Shown here piece by piece: positions 1-10,707 of a stretch of DNA of 64,000 bases. Origin of the DNA: an uncultured Methanomicrobiales archaeon. Its GTDB lineage: Archaea; Halobacteriota; Methanomicrobia; Methanomicrobiales; Methanospirillaceae. Every line of letters starts with the position of its first letter. The stretch's first letter is position 1. The stretch lies in the NCBI GenBank assembly GCA_963758915.1, contig CAVWXH010000007.1, positions 49,813 to 113,812 of the forward strand, read 5' to 3'. Made by a program: the position numbers and the translations under genes. The notes under the pieces were generated by a model that saw only the letters and a program-made list of their open reading frames with translations, searched no databases and was not told the DNA's origin.

Positions 1-491
1 CAGATCTACTTCTTCGCCATTTTTATTCTGGTTATTCCTAATTGACCCAACTCCTGATTCAGAGTACAAACGATGTCTGACGCAATTAATCTATCCCAAC
101 ATTTATAACTATTGAGCCCTGCCAAAACCAGCTTCGTTTACATCCTGGCGAATTATATAACAATCTCACCGGCCCCGGATAAGGAAAATAACCGGACTTG
201 GGCGATGCAGAGGTCAATGTTCATTACGAAATGCGACAGACAAGTCATGATACCAGATTGAAGTTGCCGGAGAAATCCAGTCACGACCATGACCTGTCCG
301 CTGCGCCTTTTACTCATGTCCGCTGCCTGTTGTAGGGGGGCATGAATTCCCGGGTCTGCAGAGTTTTCAGGGACCTGGATAAGCATAGATGAAACGGGAC
401 CGACCAGCCCTTAATGGCCCTGTGCGATCTGGTAAGCGGAAGATCCCGTGGGTTCCCTGGCAATTGCAGTTAAATGCAGGTGAGGAAGAGC

Positions 492-1013
492 ATGGACCTT
501 GGAATTTTTGAAGCGATGGATGATACGGAAAAGAAGAACTACCTGGAATTTATCCTCTGGCACTACCGCGTCGTGGACGCATTCTGGTTTATTTATGTCG
601 GTGAGACGTACGGCCAGCCAGTGGCTGAGTCTGTGAATGAACAGGTATGGGGCCGGGTCGCCGGTATGGCCGCAAAAGATATTGTAAGACGTTTCAATAT
701 TACAGAAACGGGTCTTCGCGGGTTCGTCAAGGCCCTCCGTCACTTTCCCTGGGCAGTTATTGTGGGTTATACCATCGATGAGCGTGATGATGAGGTCATT
801 ATATCTGTCCCGTCCTGTCCGACACAGGAAGCGCGCTTAAACCGCGGGCTGGGGGAATATGTATGCAGGGAGATGCACCGGGCTGAGTTCACCAGTTTTG
901 CGAGGGAAATTGACGACCGGATCTGTGTCGAATGTGTATTTGCTCCCCCGGATCCGCACCCCCCTGATATGTTCTGCAAATGGCGGTTCTACCTTAAAAA
1001 TGATGAAACTTAA
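492..1013 (+). CDS. DUF6125-like Cys-containing hypothetical protein
   Basis: ORF 474..1013; likely start MDLGIF after GTGAGG RBS; [26 protein letters not shown] and C..APPD.HP...FC.W.F motifs. Confidence 0.6.
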   Translation: MDLGIFEAMDDTEKKNYLEFILWHYRVVDAFWFIYVGETYGQPVAESVNEQVWGRVAGMAAKDIVRRFNITETGLRGFVKALRHFPWAVIVGYTIDERDDEVIISVPSCPTQEARLNRGLGEYVCREMHRAEFTSFAREIDDRICVECVFAPPDPHPPDMFCKWRFYLKNDET

Positions 1014-1077
1014 AAGCTGGACGATCAAAGAAAATCTCTGAAATTTCAGGTGAACCCTGCCAACAGAATTTCTTCCA

Positions 1078-1110
1078 GGGAGTGGAGCAGGGAGGGGTGA
1101 AACCACCTCC
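1078..1110. repeat. Degenerate copy of the GGAGGGG-hairpin module of the intergenic repeat family
   Basis: GGGAGTGGAGCAGGGAGGGGTGAAACCACCTCC matches the reverse complement of 57792-57826 (GGGGGTGGGGTAGGGAGGGGATGAAAACCCCTC); lies between convergent genes. Confidence 0.55.
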
Positions 1111-1230
1111 TTTCTACGCGTCTGGTGCTTTTTTTGCCGGCACGAAGGATGCCGACAGAAATTTTCTGCAAAAACTGATTGATATTCTGATTGATAGTTC
1201 TATCGTTTCCAAATGGGAGCTTAAGAGTAG

Positions 1231-3081
1231 TTAAGCCCCAATCGCCGCAAGATTGCCCGGACTCCTCATGTAGAGCCAGTAACTCCTGGTCGGGTACAGC
1301 AGTGTTGATTCACTTGTGTCCTCGTTGAAGATTGTCGGTTCATACTGTTGCGAAATTGAATCAAATCCCATTGAGTTCACCCAGTCGGGCTGGACTGAAA
1401 GATAGGTGTTCCGGGCTGATGCCGGGGTTAAACCCGTGAAACCTATCGTGTTCCATCCTGCCGGGAGGCTCCGGGTTGGAGGAGAATTCAGATTCGTGTC
1501 AAAATTGAGAGTGACCACGGTATCTGAAACTGAATAGACCCAGATGCCATACAGCGGTTGTACCGGTGTAGTCGCGAGGACCGTTACCCAGCGCGGCGGG
1601 TTCTGTGCACCGTCCCACATGAAGGCTGAATGTCCCCCCATATCCACATTACCAAATATCGCACCGGTATTCGACCCTGCTGCCAGAAGCTTAGGTGTTG
1701 AAACGAAGTTCCAGCCCGGTGAGAGGTGGATCTGGTCATATTGTCCCGGTGGGGGCAATGTTGGTGTACCCGATGCAGAAATGAAATACGGGTCCATGAC
1801 CGCTTGCGGGTAGAGTGAAAGCATCTTTTTCTGTTTTGTGGGGTCTGATGCTGAGTAGATCAACCCCGGGGTCTCCTTCCCGTTGTCAAGGTACAGCCCG
1901 TCGGGAATGAGGAAATTCTTGTTGACAAGTGTCTGATCATTGCCACTTCTTGCCTCTTTCTTGATGACATTGAACCAGGTAATGCCCTTGATATTCGGGT
2001 AGGCTGATGAGAGGAGACTCGCGTTATAGACCTCGCTTACGTGGGAAACTTTAAGAGATTCTTCCTGGCCGGAATCCCCCTGCCCGTCACTGCTCGTCTC
2101 GGTGAATATGAAGGGATGGTTTCTCTCCTTTGAGTAAAAGTCGTAAAACCCTTTGATATCTGAGAGTTTTTTAGGCCCGTCCGGCCAGGAATACCAGGTC
2201 ATCCCTACCCAGTCAACAGAATCGGAAGGCAGTTGTACCAGGTTGTCATTATTTCCGGGCCAGTAGACCTTCCTGTCATCTTTTGTCTGCGCAATATTTC
2301 CTGCCCAGACGACCTGGATGTTATCCCCGCCCTTCTGGTGGATAAGCGTGTATGCATCACGGAACCACTGGCGGAATGTCTTTTTCGCCGGGCTGTCAAC
2401 ATGGTCATTTATTTCAGGGTTTACTTCAACATGCGTGTTGAACTCGGGAGCCAGCCAGATCAGGATCGTCGCACCTTTTCCCGAAGAGTCTTTGTTCCGG
2501 TCAGATACTTCTTTTAATTTGGTGGCCAGATCGGTGAGGATTTGACTTCCCGTTTTTCCGTTGGGATAGGTATCAGACAATGAAAGGACATGCCCGTTAT
2601 AGGGTGCGAGTGCAATCATGGGTACCCCGCCATCCAGAATGACCTTTTCAGCCCATACGTCTGGCCCCGGGGACGCGGTATATGCTTTTTTCCCGTAATC
2701 GTTGTCAGGGTAGAAGTTCATCAGGTAGTACCGGGAGAATATGACCTGTCTGGCCCCGGACCCGCTCTGTACGGCATTCACAGATGCCCGGAAAGACAAA
2801 ATCCCAGTATCTATCGAATCAAGGCCGCCTGATATCGTTTCACCATAGGATCCAGGCTGGTCCAGGAACTGTGTCTCATAGAGATGGCCATCTGAATTGC
2901 TGTTCTTAAAGTTATTCGGGCCTAATGTCCCTACATTTCCACCAAGGTACACGCCTGCATAACATCCCTTCTCTGAAAGAATACCTTCGCTGACCGTGGG
3001 AATGTGAATAGCAGCGAGAGGCTGGACAAGCAGACATATGCTGATAAGCATTATGGTAACAAATACGAGTGTAGCACGCAT
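1231..3081 (-). CDS. Secreted GH26-like glycoside hydrolase-domain protein with C-terminal surface domain
   Basis: Signal peptide MRATLVFVTIMLISICLLVQPLAA; APEFN (acid/base), NIQVVW, YWPG, VDWVGMTWY, PFIFTET (nucleophile), YPNIKGITWFN; C-terminal duplicated L..GWN motif. Confidence 0.65.
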   Translation of the reverse strand: MRATLVFVTIMLISICLLVQPLAAIHIPTVSEGILSEKGCYAGVYLGGNVGTLGPNNFKNSNSDGHLYETQFLDQPGSYGETISGGLDSIDTGILSFRASVNAVQSGSGARQVIFSRYYLMNFYPDNDYGKKAYTASPGPDVWAEKVILDGGVPMIALAPYNGHVLSLSDTYPNGKTGSQILTDLATKLKEVSDRNKDSSGKGATILIWLAPEFNTHVEVNPEINDHVDSPAKKTFRQWFRDAYTLIHQKGGDNIQVVWAGNIAQTKDDRKVYWPGNNDNLVQLPSDSVDWVGMTWYSWPDGPKKLSDIKGFYDFYSKERNHPFIFTETSSDGQGDSGQEESLKVSHVSEVYNASLLSSAYPNIKGITWFNVIKKEARSGNDQTLVNKNFLIPDGLYLDNGKETPGLIYSASDPTKQKKMLSLYPQAVMDPYFISASGTPTLPPPGQYDQIHLSPGWNFVSTPKLLAAGSNTGAIFGNVDMGGHSAFMWDGAQNPPRWVTVLATTPVQPLYGIWVYSVSDTVVTLNFDTNLNSPPTRSLPAGWNTIGFTGLTPASARNTYLSVQPDWVNSMGFDSISQQYEPTIFNEDTSESTLLYPTRSYWLYMRSPGNLAAIGA

Positions 3082-3250
3082 GATGATCGTTCTCCAGCCA
3101 GATACCCGCATAAAGATCGTGCAGGCATCTGAAGAATATCCGGTCAACCGTAATATTTATTTTTTATTTTTTCGGGATTACCCAGTTTTATACTATTACT
3201 CAATTCTATACTATTATTTGGCATCTAAAAAAAGACTGCTGATTTACAGA

Positions 3251-3943
3251 CTACCCCCTCATATGTGAGCCGTCACAAAATGGTTTATTCCCTGAATTCC
3301 CACACCTGCACAGGGTAACGCGGTTGCGGATTTCATATACGAACCCATCGGCGGAGATGACGGAAATACCCCCGCGGACCCAGAGCGGGCCGGAAATACC
3401 TTTTATAGGGCCTTCCACAAGCCCGATGGATTTTTCAAACGCGGGCTCAAGCGGCTCCCCTGTCTTTTTATCCCAGATAACAAGTCGACCCGAATTGCAG
3501 TCAGCTGCCATTTGTATGGCGGTTTTCCCCGCATTGGGATTACCAGACTCTTCGACAAGTGCCCAGATCCCTTTTCCCCGGACACAGAAATGGGCATGTG
3601 AGCAAAAACCCGGTGCATCGCTTAACCTGATACCGGGCCCTTCTGTCCATCCTGCCCGCTTAAGATATGGTACGCGGCTGGCAGTTTCAGTCCCGTCAAA
3701 ATGATTGTTCAGGTGGGTACCATCGCAGAAGGGTTTATCGCGGGAGCCTCCGCATCGACACAGGGCACAGGTCTCCTGTACCGGGTACCGTTCACCCTCC
3801 TTCCATTCGACCGCATCCCCTCTGGAATTGCAGACAAGTGTCAGCCTTACAAGCGGGACGTTTCCTGATACGATACAAGGACCATTTTTTGTGATCCGGA
3901 TTTCAGGTTCATCTTTTTTATTGGTACCTGTCAATTTTCTCAC
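3251..3943 (-). CDS. CDGSH iron-sulfur domain protein (two CDGSH domains)
   Basis: LCRCGGSRDKPFCDGTH and LCRCGNSGNKPFCDGSH; central C.HAHFC...CNSG. Confidence 0.9.
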   Translation of the reverse strand: MRKLTGTNKKDEPEIRITKNGPCIVSGNVPLVRLTLVCNSRGDAVEWKEGERYPVQETCALCRCGGSRDKPFCDGTHLNNHFDGTETASRVPYLKRAGWTEGPGIRLSDAPGFCSHAHFCVRGKGIWALVEESGNPNAGKTAIQMAADCNSGRLVIWDKKTGEPLEPAFEKSIGLVEGPIKGISGPLWVRGGISVISADGFVYEIRNRVTLCRCGNSGNKPFCDGSHMRG

Positions 3944-4129
3944 CCCGGAACCAGCTGGCTACCTGGTAGGTACGTATCTTCCTGCATTAAACCAACCGTT
4001 TCTCAACTCCCAAGAGATCTCGCTTCAGGCCCGGTATTTCCCTGCCATACCATACAGTGGCCGTAAAAGCATGTCAGCAGCAGGTATGAACAGGGGTCCC
4101 CTGCCCGTCCCGGCTGAACCGTTTATAAT

Positions 4130-4432
4130 TCATTCGAACTGCTTCACTGCTCCAGGCAGGCAGGTCACAACCCCCCGTATACCCGAAACTGCCAGGGTCA
4201 TCAGGATTGCATCCACAACTTCTTCTTTTGTCGCTCCGGCCTGTTTCGCCATGGGGACATGCGCCCTCACCGCCATCTCATCTCCCACCGAGGCCTTCAT
4301 AGCAATGTAGATGAGTTGTTTTGTCTTCTGGTCAAGTCCCCTGGAAGCGACGAGTGACATGATCAGGCCGTTAAATGCCGTTGCAACTTCGGGTGCTTCG
4401 TTCTGGAAAATTTCCATCGGGTTTTCGCTCAT
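4130..4432 (-). CDS. Carboxymuconolactone decarboxylase (CMD/AhpD-like) family protein
   Basis: LDQKTKQLIYIA...H...AKQAGATKEEV; GAGG RBS. Confidence 0.85.
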   Translation of the reverse strand: MSENPMEIFQNEAPEVATAFNGLIMSLVASRGLDQKTKQLIYIAMKASVGDEMAVRAHVPMAKQAGATKEEVVDAILMTLAVSGIRGVVTCLPGAVKQFE

Positions 4433-4749
4433 TTCATCCTCTTACCCGAATATGAGATTTTTTCCGGGAATAAAGTTGTTACATGCCGCCGGGTGGCCAT
4501 GGATGAAGTGCTATAAAATGCCGCAAATTGGAATGACCATCAAAAAAATATGAAGGATTTCCCATGAAAATATCAAAACGGACCCCAATATATAGAATTT
4601 TGAACAAGTTATTTTCATAAACCGGGTGTGAACTTCCCGTTCATGAGTGTTTCAACAAACGCACTATCTGCCCTTGGCACATGGGGGAGTATGAAAAATA
4701 CGGGCATTCCGATGGTTGCGAGGAATGTTACATACCAGCCAAAAATCTA

Positions 4750-5877
4750 TTATTTTCCAAACAGCCGTACTACCTCTTTGAGGCATTTGCGGATAGGGAT
4801 GTGCTGGGGGCATAAACTTTCGCAGACCCCGCAGTCCTGGCAACAGGACGCGGCACCACCAAATCCGGTAAAGACCTCGTATACCTGTTTTGCATTACCG
4901 GTATCATCATAGATGAACGCATCGTTATACATCGAGAAACAGTCGGGTATCGCGATTCCCCCGGGGCATGGGAGACAATAACCGCATTTCGTACATGGGA
5001 TTTTCATTTTTTCACGGTACACGCTTTTTATTTTTTCGTATACCAACAGTTCCTCCCTGGTAAGCGCTGAGGGTGTCCCGTGATTGGCATAGCTTGCGTT
5101 ATCCCTGACCTGGTTGAGTTTGCTCATCCCTGACAGGACAACGGTCACTTCCGGGTGGTCCCATACCCACCGTAACCCCCATTCCGCCGGTGCCCTTGAG
5201 GTCCCGGTTTCAGCCCAGATTTTTTTCAAAACCCCGGACTGGTTTGTCAGCGTCCCGCCACGGAGCGGCTCCATGACCACGATACCAAGGCCCCGTTCAT
5301 GTGCGTAGCGGAGCCCTTCTGTCCCGGCCTGGTATTCCTCGTCCATGTAGTTATACTGGACCTGGCAGAATGTCCAGTTGTAGGAATTAACGATCTCCTT
5401 GAAAAGGCAGAGATTGTCGTGAAACGAGAACCCTGCGTACCTTATACGCCCGTCTGCAATTGCCCGGTCAAGGAATCCGGTCACGTCCAGGTCAACTACC
5501 TGGTTCCAGGTCTTTTTCATGAGCCCGTGGAGCAGATAAAAGTCAATGTGGTCGGTCTGAAGCCGCTCCAGCTGCTCATCGAGGAACCGGTCCATGTCAT
5601 CAGGTTTCTCCACGGCCCAGACAGGCATTTTCGTCGCGATATTGACCTTTTCCCGGTACCCGCCGGAGAGGGCTCGCCCGAGAAAACCTTCACTTTCCCC
5701 GTTATGGTACACGTACGCGGTATCAAAATAATTAACACCCCGCGATATGGCATAGCGCACCATTTCAGTCGCTTTTTCCTCGTCAATATGGCAGTCAGGA
5801 GTCTGGGGCAGTCTCATGCACCCAAACCCAAGTATTGAGAGTTTCTCCCCGGCCTTTTTCATTGTCCGATATAACAT
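4750..5877 (-). CDS. Aldo/keto reductase with C-terminal 4Fe-4S domain
   Basis: LGFGCMRLP, GVNYFDTAYVY, IATK, YLLH; CTKCGYCLPCP and CQDCGVCESLCPQ. Confidence 0.92.
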   Translation of the reverse strand: MLYRTMKKAGEKLSILGFGCMRLPQTPDCHIDEEKATEMVRYAISRGVNYFDTAYVYHNGESEGFLGRALSGGYREKVNIATKMPVWAVEKPDDMDRFLDEQLERLQTDHIDFYLLHGLMKKTWNQVVDLDVTGFLDRAIADGRIRYAGFSFHDNLCLFKEIVNSYNWTFCQVQYNYMDEEYQAGTEGLRYAHERGLGIVVMEPLRGGTLTNQSGVLKKIWAETGTSRAPAEWGLRWVWDHPEVTVVLSGMSKLNQVRDNASYANHGTPSALTREELLVYEKIKSVYREKMKIPCTKCGYCLPCPGGIAIPDCFSMYNDAFIYDDTGNAKQVYEVFTGFGGAASCCQDCGVCESLCPQHIPIRKCLKEVVRLFGK

Positions 5878-6060
5878 ACGTGTTTCACAACTCCTGAAAT
5901 CCTTAATGATACCTTAACTGGTTGATCCCCCATCTCCTTCCCTGCACCCATTGCCGTTAAGCCCCTGCTCATGACCGGTTTTCCCTTCGTTCCTGGCTAT
6001 AATTCCCAGCACGGGAATTCCCCAGTCCTGGTAAAGTACAGCAACGTAGAAGACATGATA

Positions 6061-6628
6061 TCACGTTTTAAGGTTCCTGCCTGCCTTCCAGGCATCACCC
6101 ATGTACTCTCCCGATACCCCAGTACCGGTTGTCAGGCATGGTAAGGAGGAGCGGGTTGATCTTTTTAATATCGGGGTGACCGTCAGTCAGGTATTGTTCT
6201 TCAGTATACGATGCAACAATCTCACCTATATAGAAGTTATTTGTCGGGTTATCTACCGTATTGACAAGGCGGCATTCAAGAGAGAGCGGGCACTCACTGA
6301 TCATTGGTGCAGATTTCAGGTCCCCGAAGAATATGTCAAACAGGGCTGATTTGTCAGTTGTCTTTCCCGATACCAGTCCACAGTAATCTGTTTTTTCAAT
6401 CATTCCAACCGTGGGAAAATTGATGCTGAAGGTCTTGTTTTCCAGAATGCCCCTGTTGGTATGGTGGTGTTTGCCCACACCACACCCGATCATCGGGGGG
6501 TTTGCATTCACCCTTGATACCCAGCCAAGCGCCATAAAATTCGGGACAGAATTGACATTCACCCCGAGAAGTGTGACGGGCATGGGATACATAAAAACGT
6601 TGGCAGAATAGCGTACCTTGTTCACCAT
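6061..6628 (-). CDS. Flavin reductase (flavoredoxin) family protein; +1 frame break near 6111
   Basis: YPMPVTLLG, DYCGLVSG, APMISECPLSLEC; removing one G of GGG restores the typical end GEYMGDAWKAGRNLKT* at 6061. Confidence 0.85.
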
Positions 6629-6784
6629 TGAGACTTCACCTGTGTAACAGGTGTTCGTCCCCGGTATATGGTAATGCTATCGCTACTCAACAAAAATGCC
6701 GGATATCAGTCTTCCAATGGGTTATTACCAGGATCCTGTCCCTGCCAGAGGAAAAAAGAAAAATACGGGGTATTCAGGACCTGG

Positions 6785-7483
6785 TCATAATTTCTTTCTT
6801 GCACAGACAGCAAGTCCCAGGCCTGCAATCATCACGGCCACCGCGACAACCCCGGCGGGTAACGGGGCTTTCGTAGTCGGGAGGGCTGTGGGCAGGGGAT
6901 TTAAGGTTGCATAGAGGTTTACTTTCTCACCCTGGCCGGGATATTGCGTGATTGGCGCGTTAAATGTCGTATATCCGGGCATCTGGACGCTATAGGTCTT
7001 GAATGGAGTCCCTGTTGTGTAGACCTGGACCGTAAAGGTACCTTGTGCGATCTGCCCCTCGTTGGTCGTGTCGAAGAAGACCGTTGCACCGTCCACGTTA
7101 CAGTTCACCACGTACCACCCGATATTCCCTCCGATGGGCTGGGGGGGTGTCGTCGGAGCGATCGGGTTCAGGGTCGCATAGAGGTCAACCTGTTCTCCCT
7201 TTGCAGGATACTGGGTGACAGGTGCATTGAAAGTTGTATAGCCCGCCATTTGAACTGAGTACGTTTTGTACGGTGTCCCGGTGGAATAGACCGGTACGGT
7301 AAGAGTACCCTGGGCAATCTGTCCTTGTAAAACCCCGTCGAAATAGACACTTGCGCCATTTACATTACAATACACAACATACCACCCCTGGTCTCCACCG
7401 ATCGGGGTTGCTGCCGAAACGCCCTGACCTGCTGCCAGCAATGCAAGCAGGACAATTAGTAATGAAATCCATTTTTTATGCAT
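6785..7483 (-). CDS. Secreted surface protein with two PEGA-like repeats and C-terminal membrane anchor
   Basis: Signal peptide; two ~88-aa repeats (PIGG..GWYVV.CNV.GA.V.FD...YATLNP); Thr/Pro linker, TM helix, RKK tail. Confidence 0.8.
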   Translation of the reverse strand: MHKKWISLLIVLLALLAAGQGVSAATPIGGDQGWYVVYCNVNGASVYFDGVLQGQIAQGTLTVPVYSTGTPYKTYSVQMAGYTTFNAPVTQYPAKGEQVDLYATLNPIAPTTPPQPIGGNIGWYVVNCNVDGATVFFDTTNEGQIAQGTFTVQVYTTGTPFKTYSVQMPGYTTFNAPITQYPGQGEKVNLYATLNPLPTALPTTKAPLPAGVVAVAVMIAGLGLAVCARKKL

Positions 7484-7755
7484 TCAGAATCATCTCCTGT
7501 AATTCTGATTGAGAGTGGCTAGTATAAAAAACCGTACCGATAAGACGGGTGATTATCAGAAGATATTGATACATAATGGCGGATTGGATGCCATCGGCCT
7601 TTGAACTGCTGATAGCCTGATTTTAAAGGTGCATTGTAACCGTATCCCGGTTTTACAGAATCGGCACATTTTTCATCTCACCTCAAAAAGTCTATCTATC
7701 CGGAACAGTTTCGTCAGCCCACGCCGGAGCAAGGGAGACCAGACCCGTGACTACC

Positions 7756-8931
7756 ATGCATACCAAAGAGAAGACTGCCACCGGACCGTCAGCTTCGCGT
7801 GCTGATGCATTCGGCGAATCCGTTATCAGGGAAATGACCCGCCTTGCCATACAACATAATGCTATCAACCTGGCACAGGGTTTTCCTGATTTTTCCTGCC
7901 CTGAAGAACTGAAACAGGCGGCCTGCTACGCGGTGAACGCGGATATCAACCAGTATGCCATTACCTGGGGAGCGCAGGATCTCCGGGAAGCACTTGCTGC
8001 GAAAGTGAAACAGTATAATCACATGGAATTTAACCCGGCGACCGAGATCACCGTCACCTGCGGGTCAACCGAGGCGATGATGGCATCGATGCTGGCCCTG
8101 ATCTCCCCGGGAGACGAGGTAATTGTGCCGGAGCCGTTTTACGAGAATTATGGTCCGGACGCTATTATTTCAGGTGCAACCCCGAAATTTGTCCCTATTA
8201 CCGACAATGCCCCGCTGGAGGAGGAAGCCTGGAAAGAGGCTTTTTCCAAGCATAGCCGGGCAATTATTATCAATACCCCGAATAATCCTACAGGGAAGGT
8301 ATTTTCTGTTGAAGAACTGCAGTTTATCGCCGATCTTTGTACAGACCATGACGTGATAGCGGTCACTGACGAGATTTATGAGCATATCCTCTATGACGGG
8401 CGGAAACACGTCTCGATAGGGTCGCTTCCCGGTATGGAGGACCGGACAATCACCATCGGCAGTTTTTCGAAGACCTACAGTGTGACCGGGTGGAGGGTAG
8501 GGTATACCCTGGCCAGTGAGGCGTTGTCGGGGAGGATACGCAAGATCCATGATTTTCTTACGGTCGGGGCCCCGGCACCCCTGCAGGCGGCCTGTACTGC
8601 AGCACTCGCCCTGCCTGATTCGTATTACCGTGGTCTTGCAAGGTTATACGAGTCCAAGCGCAGGAAACTATTTAAGGGGCTCTCTGACGCCGGTTTTCGG
8701 TGCCGTCTCCCGGAGGGGGCCTATTACATCTTCACCGAAATCGGTGACTTCGGAATGAACGATATTGATTTCGCACGGTTCCTTGTAGAGAAAGGGGGTA
8801 TCGCGGCAGTCCCGGGGAGCTCATTTTACCGGGACGGCGGCTCGGACAGGCTCCGGTTTACCTTCTCAAAAAAGGATGAGACCCTCGATGAAGCGTGTCG
8901 AAGGCTTAAAGAACTTGATATTCCTGGTTAA
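7756..8931 (+). CDS. Class I/II PLP-dependent aminotransferase
   Basis: INLAQGFPDF, NTPNNPTG, DEIY, SFSKTYSVTGWRVG; exact start uncertain (ORF 7747). Confidence 0.92.
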   Translation: MHTKEKTATGPSASRADAFGESVIREMTRLAIQHNAINLAQGFPDFSCPEELKQAACYAVNADINQYAITWGAQDLREALAAKVKQYNHMEFNPATEITVTCGSTEAMMASMLALISPGDEVIVPEPFYENYGPDAIISGATPKFVPITDNAPLEEEAWKEAFSKHSRAIIINTPNNPTGKVFSVEELQFIADLCTDHDVIAVTDEIYEHILYDGRKHVSIGSLPGMEDRTITIGSFSKTYSVTGWRVGYTLASEALSGRIRKIHDFLTVGAPAPLQAACTAALALPDSYYRGLARLYESKRRKLFKGLSDAGFRCRLPEGAYYIFTEIGDFGMNDIDFARFLVEKGGIAAVPGSSFYRDGGSDRLRFTFSKKDETLDEACRRLKELDIPG

Positions 8932-9088
8932 TCAGTTCACAGATGAACAACCTGAATTTCAATGACTCTGTCTGGTGGAGATCCTGTGGGACCTGCACAT
9001 GGCGGACGATTGGTCACCTGGAACGATACAAATAATTAAGTCCCTGTATGTAATAATTCGGAAAGGGATTTCTGGATAACCGAGGGAG

Positions 9089-9298
9089 TTGAAACAATTG
9101 GCGATTGATCCGGTTTGCGGGATGAATGTGAATGAAACGCGTGCAGAAAACGAAAGCGTCTACAAAGGGATTAAGTATTATTTTTGTTCGGCAGTATGCC
9201 GCGAGGAGTTTGACCGGGACCCGGACGCCTATATGTATGCAGACCCTGATGAGTCAGATCTCGATTATCGCGACGAATCGTTTGATTCTGATGATTAA
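9089..9298 (+). CDS. YHS domain protein with acidic tail
   Basis: DPVCGM...YKGIKYYFCSAVCREEF..DP; TTG start after GAGGGAG. Confidence 0.8.
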   Translation: MKQLAIDPVCGMNVNETRAENESVYKGIKYYFCSAVCREEFDRDPDAYMYADPDESDLDYRDESFDSDD

Positions 9299-9364
9299 AT
9301 AAAAAAAAACGGCTGGTATGAAAAAAGCATGAAATAAATAAGAAAATTGGTTTATACCAACAGT

Positions 9365-10015
9365 TCAGTCTTTTTTACCAATGCAGAGTGCCAGGGTGCC
9401 TGCCAGCAATCCACCAGTGAGAATGATCACACTTAACCCTGAAGATTTGGTCGGTGCCGGTATTGAATCGGAAGCAACAGGGGAGGCAGGGACCAGGGGG
9501 GTGGCCGGCACCGGTGTTCCGGGAACTGCAACAGGTCCTGATATGCTCTGCAACGACCCGGGGACTGCCTGCCCTGCGTTATTCTGCTGGATTACCTGAA
9601 GAAGGAGGACCCCGGACACACCAGCAGGGACACTGCCCGTGACTGATGCAGAGACCGATACATCATTACTGTTCGGGTAGGAGAGCAGGAAGCCGTTGAT
9701 AAATGCCGCGTTACCTTTCGCGGGTATCACTGCAGCAGGTATACCGTTTACCATTACCTGCACATCCCACCGGGGATCGGCCAGCCCGGTAGTAAGTTGC
9801 AACTGGTTTCCTTCAATAAAGGTGGTCGCCCCCTGGGGAATAATCGCAATAATTGCAGTAACAGACTGTTGTGCTCCAGGCTGAAGGGGTGTTGCTGAAG
9901 GGTTGAGTTCAGACTGCTGGATCTGGAATGTCGCAGATACCGGCAGGACCAAGGCTAAAATGACCAGTATAACGCCACCACAGAGGATAAAGGGATTTTT
10001 AAAGATCTGCCGCAT
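9365..10015 (-). CDS. Secreted, membrane-anchored hypothetical surface protein
   Basis: Signal peptide ending VSA; Pro/Thr linker; C-terminal TM plus KKD. Confidence 0.75.
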   Translation of the reverse strand: MRQIFKNPFILCGGVILVILALVLPVSATFQIQQSELNPSATPLQPGAQQSVTAIIAIIPQGATTFIEGNQLQLTTGLADPRWDVQVMVNGIPAAVIPAKGNAAFINGFLLSYPNSNDVSVSASVTGSVPAGVSGVLLLQVIQQNNAGQAVPGSLQSISGPVAVPGTPVPATPLVPASPVASDSIPAPTKSSGLSVIILTGGLLAGTLALCIGKKD

Positions 10016-10148
10016 GATTACGCAAAGGCGGTCTTTCTCAATGGACTATATACATTCCGGTTCAGGCATGGCATACTGCTGATGCCGGCGATCCTTCTGT
10101 AAAATGAAAGTCGAATGTCTTATATCCATGGCAGAGGACTGACTTTAT

Positions 10149-10499
10149 ATGGGGCATTTTGCCAGGGGGGATGTAATTATCGCACAGGTCCCGTGTTTTG
10201 GGAGAGCCGCCGCAAAACTCCGTCCTGCCGTGGTGATTGGGACTGACGGGAATAATGACCTCCTCGTCGTCCCCGTAAGCAGCCAGCCTTCAACAGACTC
10301 CCCGTCGCTCCCTCTTTCCCTTGATGATTTTTTGGAGGGGGGTCTCGATATGTTCAACGAGAGCTATATCCTTTTTTCCTATGTCAGCACCATCCACCCC
10401 AGCGATGTGGCAGGAAAACGCGGTCACCTGACCAGCGAATTTACCAGCCAGGTTATTTCACGTATAACGCCGGTCAGCTTTGGTGATAAACGGCGATAA
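10149..10499 (+). CDS. PemK/MazF-like protein (no adjacent antitoxin)
   Basis: RGDVI...P......K.RPAVVI...LLVVPVSS...GGL....S; own TATA (TTATAT at ~10120). Confidence 0.75.
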   Translation: MGHFARGDVIIAQVPCFGRAAAKLRPAVVIGTDGNNDLLVVPVSSQPSTDSPSLPLSLDDFLEGGLDMFNESYILFSYVSTIHPSDVAGKRGHLTSEFTSQVISRITPVSFGDKRR

Positions 10500-10707
10500 A
10501 ACCCAAATATTCGCCTGATTAACTTGTGGCTGAATAATCAGCGAGGGAATTACGGTTGTTGCAACACCAGTACGACCGGGGTACCAGCACCAAAACAGAA
10601 CCCTTAAAAAGAAACGAAGTTTGGGAATGGGCAATAACCGCTCCTGCCGGTTATATTGTCCAGGTCAGGATCTTTAAAAAAACGGTTTTTAAAACAGCAT
10701 CACAGAT

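Noticed and set aside
5928-5965. Possible further module C repeat copy (CATCTCCTTCCCTGCACCCATTG)
   Set aside because: Similarity too weak and C-rich to support by eye
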